Shown here in pieces: positions 55,615 to 64,000 of a stretch of 64,000 bases of DNA (position 1 is the stretch's first letter; each line of letters opens with the position of its first letter). The DNA is from a virus (Duplodnaviria; Caudoviricetes). Made by a program: the position numbers and the translations under genes. The notes below the pieces were generated by a model. The model had not been told where the DNA came from. It searched no databases and worked only from the letters and a program-made list of their open reading frames with translations. Where the stretch lies: IMG/VR virus record IMGVR_UViG_3300042860_004240, positions 1 through 64,000 of that record, one strand, 5' to 3'.

Positions 55615-56539
55615 ATCTGAAAAACAACTAATAAACGAGTTAAACCCAGCTATAGAATTTTTGCTAGACAGGCATATCTCTGCTACAAAAAAATGGAACC
55701 CGCATGAATACATACCATGGGAAAGAGGTTCACGCTTAACCAACGAAGGTTTTCTTTACGGGGAAGATTCAATATCAAATAATCTAAGATCAGCTTTTAT
55801 AGTTACTTTGTTAACTGAAGATAGTCTACCCTGGTACGCTAGAACACTTTCGGAGGTGTTTGGAAGAGAATCTGTTGTAGGGGAATGGATTCATAGATGG
55901 ACAGCAGAAGAAGCAAGGCACTCATACGTTCTTCGTTCTTATATAACTTTGTCTGGGATAATGGACCCAGTAAAATTAGAGCAAGATAGAATTGCATTTG
56001 TTAGTACAGGCAGGGTCCCAGAACTAGGTAGAGATAAAATTACTAATGACTACTTAGACGGTTATGGTGTTTGTCAATCATTTGCTTACACCACTATACA
56101 GGAATTAAGTGCTAGGTCTTCCTATTTTAACATGGCTCAACAGCTTGATGATAAAGCTGGGTATGAGATTTTGAAACGTATTCTAACCGATGAAAATCAC
56201 CACTTTATTTTTTACAGAGACGCAGTAAAAGAAATATTAAAAATTGATCCATCATCCATGATGACAAGTTTATCAAAAGTAATAATGCAGTTTGAAATGC
56301 CGGGAGTTGGTGCCCCAGGATACGCGCAGCACGCGAGAAATATTTCCGATGGTGGTATCTACAGTATAAGGTCGTACTACGAAGATGTGCTAATGCCAAT
56401 ATTGAAGTACTGGAATATTTTTAATATCACCGGACTAAACAGTGCGGCTGAACAATCTAGGGATGACCTTATTAAATTTCTTAGTAGATTAAAAAAGATA
56501 ATTCAAAGAAAATATGGAATAATATATAATGACTTTTAA
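55607..56539 (+). CDS. desA: Acyl-ACP desaturase (DesA-like diiron)
   Basis: W.PHEYIPW, LLTED.LPWY, W...WTAEEARH, YTTIQE, DENHH..FY, F.MPG. Confidence 0.92.
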   Translation: MIESEKQLINELNPAIEFLLDRHISATKKWNPHEYIPWERGSRLTNEGFLYGEDSISNNLRSAFIVTLLTEDSLPWYARTLSEVFGRESVVGEWIHRWTAEEARHSYVLRSYITLSGIMDPVKLEQDRIAFVSTGRVPELGRDKITNDYLDGYGVCQSFAYTTIQELSARSSYFNMAQQLDDKAGYEILKRILTDENHHFIFYRDAVKEILKIDPSSMMTSLSKVIMQFEMPGVGAPGYAQHARNISDGGIYSIRSYYEDVLMPILKYWNIFNITGLNSAAEQSRDDLIKFLSRLKKIIQRKYGIIYNDF

Positions 56540-57233
56540 AAAACAATGGCAAGATGAAGGTTACTTTATAGTAGAGAACCTTATACCAGAAGAGTCAATA
56601 GAAGCTTACTCTAAGCTGTGGATAGAAAATCACGGAGAAATTGTAGATGGAAAACTATCTTTAGTTAACCCTAATGGCTGGGAAGGGTATCATACCTATC
56701 TAGAGCATGTTTCTATACTGGAGATTTTTTGTGGATCCGATATTCCAACAATTATCGAAGAAGCTATTGGGTCTCCGGCTGGTCTTCATCTTAATTTTAC
56801 GGGATGGATTTCTACTAGAAAGACATGGCATCAAGATATAACTTACGGTGACAAAGACCATGCCGATAACCACATAGGGGTTTGGGTAGCCTTAGAAGAT
56901 ATCGATTATAGATCTGGTCCATTCCAGCTTATACCAAAATCTCACAAATGGGATATTGATTTTAAAGAAATTTATCCAAATCATTTAAGCGAAAAAGCAT
57001 CCGAGTACTTTGCAGAAAAGCTGCTAGAAGAATCTCCACCAGGCGTCACGTTTACCGCAAAGAAGGGTGACGTTATCTTCTGGCATGGTCACACTGTGCA
57101 TAGAGGCGATATGCCAATAGATGAGTCCATTACTCGCAAGAGTATCATAGGGCACTTTGCTTCTCTAAATGTTGGTATGTTGGCGCAACAAAAAAGCTTG
57201 CCGTATAAAAATGGACATTACTTTAATCTTTAA
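56529..57233 (+). CDS. PhyH-family 2OG dioxygenase
   Basis: W.DEGY...ENLI, WHQD, WVALED....SGP....PKSH, KKGDV.FWHG..VHRG. Confidence 0.9.
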   Translation: MTFKKQWQDEGYFIVENLIPEESIEAYSKLWIENHGEIVDGKLSLVNPNGWEGYHTYLEHVSILEIFCGSDIPTIIEEAIGSPAGLHLNFTGWISTRKTWHQDITYGDKDHADNHIGVWVALEDIDYRSGPFQLIPKSHKWDIDFKEIYPNHLSEKASEYFAEKLLEESPPGVTFTAKKGDVIFWHGHTVHRGDMPIDESITRKSIIGHFASLNVGMLAQQKSLPYKNGHYFNL

Positions 57234-57267
57234 ATTCTTTTAGCTAAAAAAGGGTTACTATATCCTT

Positions 57268-59103
57268 ATGTCATCTAATAGACCAGTAATAGATATACGC
57301 CAAAGTTTTAGCTCTATTTACGATGCATTCTATTTTTCTAACGACCCAGAAAAGATGTTAAGGCCAAAAAGGATCCCGGGCAGCAAACATGGACCTTATC
57401 AAATTGAGTTAAGCGACTTTGGTGCTCAAGCTGGCTCAGTTTCTGGCATGGACTTGTCTCAAGCCCAAAGGATAGCCTTAGAACTAACTGGCGGTCAAGA
57501 CAGGCAGCTTACAACTAGAACTGTGAATAGCTTTCTTACAGAGGCTATGTCTGGCATTGAAAGAGAAACTCAAGGCGGTGCACTATCGGCAATGGTTGGT
57601 TTTCGGACGCGCCAAGGGGCATATAAGCGCCATTGATTACAGCAAAAAGACTCGTCCTCTTTCTCTCGTTTTTGGTAATCCTGGTGATGATCCTGGTGGG
57701 AACGCTGGTGGTCACTGGCAATCTGGTAACTTTAAAGTTTGGATAAAAAACCAAAGAGATGCTGCCTACTCAAGGTCTGATCTAGCACGAACTTTAAGAC
57801 ACGAAACAGGACACGTTGTTTCTGACGCTATCGAGCAAAGCGTAAGAACGCTAGAGTCTGAGATAGGTAGAGGAAAAGCTGGCCCAGATTTTACTTTTTT
57901 TGATTCTTCTGGAAAAAAGATTGCACCACCGATTGAAGACGAGACATTAAGATATTTTTGGATGAGACAACAAGTATTGTCAACCTATAGAAGAGAAGCA
58001 ACAATGCCAACGCATATAAGCGAAATGATGCTAAGGGCAATGGAGCAAAATGCTCGGCCTGAGCGACCCGGGAGCTCGACATCTAGCGCAACGATTGCCG
58101 AATCAACACAGTAATCTTAGAACTCTAACAGATAATTTATTAGATTTTAAATATTTTGGAGATATAAAAACTTTAAACACTAACCAACAAGCTAACGTGC
58201 AAAATGTTTTTAGAGTTTTAAGCGAAACAGGCGAAGGAAGCAAAGTCGAAGCATTATTGGCGTCTGTAAGGGAAGAGGCTTTTGCAGACGACTTTGCCGT
58301 TATAACCGCTCCTAAAATGGATTTACCATTAGTAGCTAATCAAGCTGGTATGCACCTATCTGGAGAAGTAATAGACGGCCCTAATGGCCCACTGTGGAAC
58401 CCAACTGGAGTAGGAAAATTAGGCAGAAACACCGAAGTAGACAACCTTGCTAGAATGTTTATAAACAGTGAAGTAAGGGGCTACGCTGCTGAAACACGGA
58501 TCGCAATGGCATCATTATGCTAGATCCCACTTAGGCGACCAAACATTTGATTTGTTAGGAGAAGAACACCAGGCTTCATTAACATCACTTCTAACGGAAC
58601 ACTACCAAAATAATAGAACAACAGCTTTATCTACAAGAACACTAGATGCAGATACCCTGCATCTTCCTTCTGTAAGAAAAATACTACAGGCTCAAGGTTA
58701 TGATTCAACAGAAATAGAAAGAGTTATAGGCGGGATGCGTGATATAGCTACCTTCCACAACCAAGAATTTGATGCCGGAAGAATTCCTGTTGGGACAGGT
58801 AGAAGAATGATTCTTTCTGAAGCTGAAAAAGCTGATACTTTGACAAAAAATCCTATGACAAGATTAGCTGCAGGCATACACAGCAGAGGGGCTGGACAAC
58901 GTCCTATTATTTCTGTAGGTTCATCAGCCAAGCCCTCTGCTATAGTTTCAGAAACCGCTCAGTCTGCAAAGGTTGCAACTAGAGCAATTGGAGATTCAAC
59001 TGCCGGAAGGTCATTTCTTTCTGGAGTAGCTAGCTCGGCAAGTGGTGCAAAAGTTCTACAGCTTGCAAGAAGTGGTAGAAAAATGCTTCAAAGCTTTGCC
59101 TAA
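57268..59103 (+). pseudogene. Large HExxH metallopeptidase-like gene split into four ORF pieces
   Basis: Successive ORFs 57268-57636, 57557-58114 (HETGH), 58050-58523 (EEAFAD), 58552-59103; frameshifts or sequence errors. Confidence 0.55.
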
Positions 59104-59109
59104 ATACTT

Positions 59110-60123
59110 TTAGGGAATCTCTCTCCAAAGCCATTCTGGATTATTCTTTGTCCACTCTACAGTAGACTGAAGAGAAGACTCTAAAGACATTGGTGGCTTC
59201 CAACCTGCTTCTTGCAGTTTACGCCCATCTAATGCGTATCTTGAATCATGGCCTGGTCTTGTTGTATGGAAATCTTCAAACTCAAATTGTAGTTCTTTGC
59301 CCCAATACTTTGCCACCAGCTTTGCCATTTCTAGATTATTAATTTCCTTTTCCCCAACTACATTATACTTATCTGGTCTATCAGAATTAGGATATGGAGT
59401 TGGCTCTAAATAATCGAGTATATAGAGTAGCGCATCTGCTTGGTTTCGTGCATGTAGGTAGAATCTAGATCCAATATTGTCTTCTGTCCCGTGGATTGTC
59501 ATTGGGATATTCTTTTCTAAACAATACATAATCTTTGGAATAAACTTTTCCGGATCTTGTCTTTCCCCAATTATATTCATAGTATTTGTTATAATTACCG
59601 GAACCCCAAATGTTCTCCAGTAAGACACGCACACAGCTTCCTGCGCTGCCTTAGAAGCTGAATATGGGTTTGATGGCAGAATGGTATCCCATTCTTTATG
59701 GGCATAACCCTTTGGAGCCGGCCCGTAAACTTCGTCTGTTGAAACCTGCAAAAATACTGTAGGCTTAAGCTTTCTTGCAAGCTCTAGCATATTAACTATC
59801 AAAGCAACATTATTTGTTATAAATGGAGCTGGGTCAGTGATTGATCTATCAACATGTGAATCTGAAGCCATTGAAATAATATAATCAATATCACCAATCT
59901 CTTTCACCATTACATCTGAAAATGGCACAGTCAAATCATGGGTGATCAACTTTACGCGGTGCTTTTCTGATTCCCAGCATCCTATAGATGTAATTCTATC
60001 AGTTACACCTCTGTGTCTAAAAGAATCGGTTATTACTATTTCCCAATTTGTAAGCTTTAATAAATGTTCTAAAGTGTGGTGGCCAACGAAACCACCAGCA
60101 CCAGTTAATAATACTTTCTTCAT
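59110..60123 (-). CDS. rfbB: dTDP-glucose 4,6-dehydratase-like SDR
   Basis: GAGGFVG, SHVDRSI..P, STDEVYG, PYSASK, RPGHD.RY. Confidence 0.92.
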   Translation of the reverse strand: MKKVLLTGAGGFVGHHTLEHLLKLTNWEIVITDSFRHRGVTDRITSIGCWESEKHRVKLITHDLTVPFSDVMVKEIGDIDYIISMASDSHVDRSITDPAPFITNNVALIVNMLELARKLKPTVFLQVSTDEVYGPAPKGYAHKEWDTILPSNPYSASKAAQEAVCVSYWRTFGVPVIITNTMNIIGERQDPEKFIPKIMYCLEKNIPMTIHGTEDNIGSRFYLHARNQADALLYILDYLEPTPYPNSDRPDKYNVVGEKEINNLEMAKLVAKYWGKELQFEFEDFHTTRPGHDSRYALDGRKLQEAGWKPPMSLESSLQSTVEWTKNNPEWLWREIP

Positions 60124-60175
60124 TCTTTCCTTTTTTTAAATTCAAAAAATATGCTCTACAACATACCATTTGAGA

Positions 60176-60250
<75 letters not shown>

Positions 60251-60256
60251 AGATTA

Positions 60257-60451
60257 TTAATTTGTGTGAGTTTTTTTGATAAAATCTATAGCAATCTTTG
60301 CTACTTTTTTATCCTTGCCTTCTATTAAAAGAGATAAGTCAACAATTGCATCGGTGATTTTGTTAGATATTCTATGCGCAATTTCGTGCTCAATGCCGTC
60401 TGATTTTACGGCCTTATATATTTCTCTATATGTTTTTGTGTAGTCCATCAA
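60257..60451 (-). CDS. Hypothetical protein
   Basis: ORF in - strand run. Confidence 0.6.
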   Translation of the reverse strand: MMDYTKTYREIYKAVKSDGIEHEIAHRISNKITDAIVDLSLLIEGKDKKVAKIAIDFIKKTHTN

Positions 60452-60830
60452 TTTCCTCTTTAGTCGGACGAATCATCTTCGCCTCCACTAGTATACCATC
60501 AGTGAACTTCAAATCGTATTCTAACCAGATAGTTTTTTGTTTTTCAACATTGTCTTCTAATAGTATTAAATTGTATACTCTTAGATGCCCGTGATAATAC
60601 ATCTTTACTTTTAATGGCTCAACATCGTTAGAGCTTTCCCATATATTGTTGCCGTTTTTGTATAAAAAACCATTATTATCTATAAAATAATTGTCCATCA
60701 GGCACTCTAGGTCTTTGCATTGAAAGCCGTCTGCATAGATAGCTTGTGATACATATGACTTTATCGGATGCTCTATATATAACGCTATCGGTAGTGGAAA
60801 ATCTATTTCTATCGTGTCAAACATTCCCAT
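60426..60830 (-). CDS. Conserved phage hypothetical protein
   Basis: MGMFD..FQ.KDL...M..Y.I..HG..KF.DG. Confidence 0.75.
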   Translation of the reverse strand: MGMFDTIEIDFPLPIALYIEHPIKSYVSQAIYADGFQCKDLECLMDNYFIDNNGFLYKNGNNIWESSNDVEPLKVKMYYHGHLRVYNLILLEDNVEKQKTIWLEYDLKFTDGILVEAKMIRPTKEEIDGLHKNI

Positions 60831-60860
60831 GCAATACTATATCACATTTCGGGGAAAAGC

Positions 60861-61238
60861 CTAGTATCTTCTTTCTTCTTCTTCTTTCCTGTTAAGACTT
60901 CGCTTACTGATAGCCACAGAAGTAGCTAACCCAATTGCTGCTACTCCAGTAGCTGGATGTCTCATCTTTTTAAGAACACTGTTGCCAGATGCTGCTTTTA
61001 CTCCACTTTTTAAGAAATTTTTTACTGCTGATGATGCGCCAGCAGAAGTCGCTGCACTCGCTGCTGAAGTGGTCGCTGCTGATACAACAGCAGTAGCTAC
61101 GCTAGGTGGAGCTACGCTTAGCGTAGCCGTTGGTAGTGGCCTAAGTGTATTTAGCTTTTTAGTTTCTTCCATAAAACCTATATCTCTACCAAGTGGAGAA
61201 AAAGGTCTAGGACCAACAGGTTTTGGCGGTCCAATCAT
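60861..61238 (-). CDS. Ala/Ser/Pro-rich hypothetical protein
   Basis: Low-complexity ORF with C-terminal hydrophobic segment. Confidence 0.55.
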   Translation of the reverse strand: MIGPPKPVGPRPFSPLGRDIGFMEETKKLNTLRPLPTATLSVAPPSVATAVVSAATTSAASAATSAGASSAVKNFLKSGVKAASGNSVLKKMRHPATGVAAIGLATSVAISKRSLNRKEEEERRY

Positions 61239-61353
61239 CTTTCCGCGCTAAAGACCCTGGGCCCTTACGAGGGATGACTCTACCTGCCATCTTTGGCATT
61301 GCAACTGCACCAATTGAACCCGGAGCTTTAGCCATTTTTTTACCAGACTTTCT

Positions 61354-61845
61354 TTATTTTAAAATACCTGTTATTTCGCAAGATCTATTAAGTATTTTTC
61401 CGTCTGCACTTTCTGGGTCTATACCAGGATAAGGAGATGTATCACCAAGCGATGTGACTTTAATATCTTCAAAAGCTATACCTTTTTCAAGCAAAGAAAA
61501 CTGCAAAGCCTTTGCTCTCTTGCCGGAAAGATCATTTCTATTAACTGTTTTACCATCACTAGAAGACCTACAAACGACGTTAAGAGCTGAATAATAGGCA
61601 CGTGTGTATTTAGTCACGTAAATCTCTACGCATGCCATACCTTCTTCGAAGACTGGTATATCTTTATCTTTTTGGTAGAAAACAAGACATGGTGGATCTG
61701 CGACTATTGGTTGCGCAATTGTCGTAGAAGGGTCTACTGTAATTTCTACTGGTTCTGACTTTGGCCAAAAAATGTAAGCTAGAATCATAGACAATACTAA
61801 ACCTACTGAAGTTCTAACTATTATCTTTTTAAAATCAATTTTCAT
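61354..61845 (-). CDS. Membrane-anchored OmpA-C/MotB-like peptidoglycan-binding protein
   Basis: N-terminal TM; N.DLS.KRA.A...L...GI....I...SLG...P...LNR..EI. Confidence 0.75.
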   Translation of the reverse strand: MKIDFKKIIVRTSVGLVLSMILAYIFWPKSEPVEITVDPSTTIAQPIVADPPCLVFYQKDKDIPVFEEGMACVEIYVTKYTRAYYSALNVVCRSSSDGKTVNRNDLSGKRAKALQFSLLEKGIAFEDIKVTSLGDTSPYPGIDPESADGKILNRSCEITGILK

Positions 61846-62668
61846 ATTTGTTTTCCTTAATCTGTTTGTTTAAAATATAAAAGTTTTTTCTTGCCTTATC
61901 TTCTTTTTTCTTTGCTGCCTTAATAAAATGGTCGTAAACATCGGTGTACCAATAGGCTATAGCAGATATAACAAGGCCGATGCTGACAGATGCCAAAGAA
62001 AGAATAAATTTATCAGTCATATCTAGACCTTCTTCAGCATACCTCGCTGAGGTAGACAAGACAGTCAATAGACCAAAAAGGAGTACGTTTATACCTAGGG
62101 AGTTTTTTGCAGTAGATTTGTTGTATATTTCTATTTCTTTTGGATTTGTAGAATTTTTTCGCTTACTGCTTAAAGTCTTGATAGCATAGGATGCCCCCAA
62201 TTGGGCGCAGACAAAGGCATAAGAAAACGAGAGTATTATAGCCGATGCCCTTTCGGCTCTTTCAGCCCAAGAATCAGATCCAAACTTGCCGGCGAAAATA
62301 TCTTTCCATAATAAGAAATCAAAAACAAGTCCAATCACCACTGAAAACCATATTATCTCTGTGCCATATTCTGACATAGAAGAAGATTGCTTGGACAGCT
62401 CTTTTTCTGTTTCTTCACTATCCGCTTGTGCATCGAGATAATCTTTATGAGCTTTGTCGTATTCCGATAAGATCTCTTTTTTTTCGATTAACTCTACGGA
62501 ATTAATTGATTGTATTTGATCTTTTAAAGTCTCGGTATTATTTCTTAAAGCGGCGTTCTGTTGCTCTAAATCAATAATTTTTTTGTCTAGGCCAGCAACT
62601 AGCTTATCAAACCTTTTTTTATTACGCCTCGAAAGAACAACTTCTTCCGTAGGCTCATCATTCGGCAT
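61835..62668 (-). CDS. Coiled-coil plus 4-TM membrane protein
   Basis: Start set at MPNDE; overlaps OmpA-like gene. Confidence 0.7.
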   Translation of the reverse strand: MPNDEPTEEVVLSRRNKKRFDKLVAGLDKKIIDLEQQNAALRNNTETLKDQIQSINSVELIEKKEILSEYDKAHKDYLDAQADSEETEKELSKQSSSMSEYGTEIIWFSVVIGLVFDFLLWKDIFAGKFGSDSWAERAERASAIILSFSYAFVCAQLGASYAIKTLSSKRKNSTNPKEIEIYNKSTAKNSLGINVLLFGLLTVLSTSARYAEEGLDMTDKFILSLASVSIGLVISAIAYWYTDVYDHFIKAAKKKEDKARKNFYILNKQIKENKYEN

Positions 62669-63011
62669 CTGAATCATCATCTGAGCTATCATCTGCCTGT
62701 TTGCCGACGACGCCATCCGGTATAGCTGCTAATCTGCAGTAACCGCCTGGCTCAATTCTTCTTTTAACAATTTTACAAACGTAGTCTGATTCATGTAGCA
62801 CGCAGTTTTCGCAGCGTACTCCAATCTCATAATTTTCATTTTCTTCTCTTGGGACATAACCAACCCAAATACCATTTTTGTCTTTATCAGCTAATTTTCC
62901 ATATTTTTTGGCGATACCCAAAAGAGCGTCAGCAAAGTCTTTTTCTGCTGGGCTTAAAGCCGGAAGCTTATCTTCCATTTCTGATAAAAATTTATACATC
63001 TGATACTCCAT
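62658..63011 (-). CDS. Protein with HiPIP-like four-Cys domain
   Basis: Y.......RCENC.......CKIV...I.PGGYC. Confidence 0.6.
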   Translation of the reverse strand: MEYQMYKFLSEMEDKLPALSPAEKDFADALLGIAKKYGKLADKDKNGIWVGYVPREENENYEIGVRCENCVLHESDYVCKIVKRRIEPGGYCRLAAIPDGVVGKQADDSSDDDSDAE

Positions 63012-63065
63012 TTTGATAGTTTTATTTTGTTTATAGTAACGGGTTTACCGCTATTTTGCGTTGGA

Positions 63066-63860
63066 TTATTGTTCTAAGCCATTAATTGGCTTAGAGTGTC
63101 CAGCTTCTACCTTAGTAAATTTTATTTGCCCAGCATTAAAGCCACCCATTGAGCTATATGCGGTACATCTGTTGTCCCATATCACTAGATCTTTTTGTTC
63201 CCAAGTTAAGCTAAATATATTTAACTTATCCTCAAAAAACGTGTCGCGAAGCTTATATATGTGCTTTTGCCATTTATCGTTATCTTTTCCTAAGGTATTT
63301 AACCCGCCGTAAAATATGCTTGGCTTTCCTGTCTCTGGATGTATTCTCCAAGAAGGGTGGCTATCTTGCTGCCCTATATCTTTTCTTTGAAGTGGGAATT
63401 TTGCAAGTCCTTCATCAAGCCATCTAAACTTGATTTTAAGGATAAAGCTCATATCTTCTTCGCTGATCATATTATATACATTCTCAAGATTGACCCATTT
63501 TGTTTCACTCAACCCAGCTGAGTCACCAACGGAATTCATATAAATGCAGCTAATATTGCTGGGCTCTACATCTGAACAATTGTCCGTTTGCCATCTAACT
63601 AAGTAATCATCTTTTGATGGCAGTTTTCCATTTTTTTCTGTAAAATACTCAAAATTATCATCAAAGTTTTTATCGTATATTTTGACATCTTCTTCTTTTG
63701 AGAATAAAGAGCCAAGAGACTGCGATACAGATTTATCGCCAAAATCAATGTTTTTGAAAACTAGAACTTTATGATTTAAAAGGTCATTATAATAAGAATC
63801 GTATTTTTCTAAAATATCAGAAAAACTTACGTTATTGTATGTCTTGCCAAAACTGTTCAT
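63066..63860 (-). CDS. TauD-family dioxygenase-like protein, iron ligands degenerate
   Basis: HKVLVFKN, WQTD, HP..RIHPETGKP, W...DLVIWDNR. Confidence 0.85.
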   Translation of the reverse strand: MNSFGKTYNNVSFSDILEKYDSYYNDLLNHKVLVFKNIDFGDKSVSQSLGSLFSKEEDVKIYDKNFDDNFEYFTEKNGKLPSKDDYLVRWQTDNCSDVEPSNISCIYMNSVGDSAGLSETKWVNLENVYNMISEEDMSFILKIKFRWLDEGLAKFPLQRKDIGQQDSHPSWRIHPETGKPSIFYGGLNTLGKDNDKWQKHIYKLRDTFFEDKLNIFSLTWEQKDLVIWDNRCTAYSSMGGFNAGQIKFTKVEAGHSKPINGLEQ

Positions 63861-64000
63861 TCTACCAATTCTTTCTGTGCGAAATAATTACTTTAAAACC
63901 TATACAGACAAAAAAAGTGGAAAAAATTTTTTAGCCCAAAAGCAAATTTGAGTAAAACTTAAATTTACGAAATAGTTTTAAGACTTATATTATATCACGA

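Noticed and set aside
60982-61432. + strand ORFs in the - strand block
   Set aside because: Shadows of low-complexity - strand genes with no RBS or motif support.

Overview
This window is an AT-rich, gene-dense segment of a large (probably jumbo) double-stranded DNA phage. No structural genes were recognised. WhiB, an Rpf-type transglycosylase and a DesA-like acyl-ACP desaturase point to an actinobacterial host; this is inference. Genes run on + from 1 to about 59.1 kb and on - after that. (i) 1-14.4 kb is an early-type region: three tandem paralogues (the first two GC-rich, with a repeated terminator), many structured intergenic RNAs (several exposing anti-Shine-Dalgarno sequences complementary to RBSs of the phage's own genes), a perfect bacterial parS site, and an 851-aa YonO/cellular-RdRP-like two-barrel polymerase. 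(ii) 15-27 kb holds an SF2 helicase, a subtilase, WhiB, a cold-shock protein and tRNAs, including a non-canonical tRNA(UAU) whose D-loop is displaced 3' of the anticodon arm. (iii) 27.6-44.5 kb holds a ubiquitin-like conjugation module (E2-like, JAB with a -1 frameshift signal, E1/ThiF, Ubl, AAA+ ATPase, two more E2-like genes) and a proteasome-beta-like Ntn hydrolase. (iv) 45.6-60 kb holds a lipid/oxygenase tailoring cluster (ACP, FabF, desaturase, P450, seven 2OG-Fe(II) oxygenases, FkbM) and a dTDP-glucose dehydratase. All calls come from reading motifs by eye; no database search was run.
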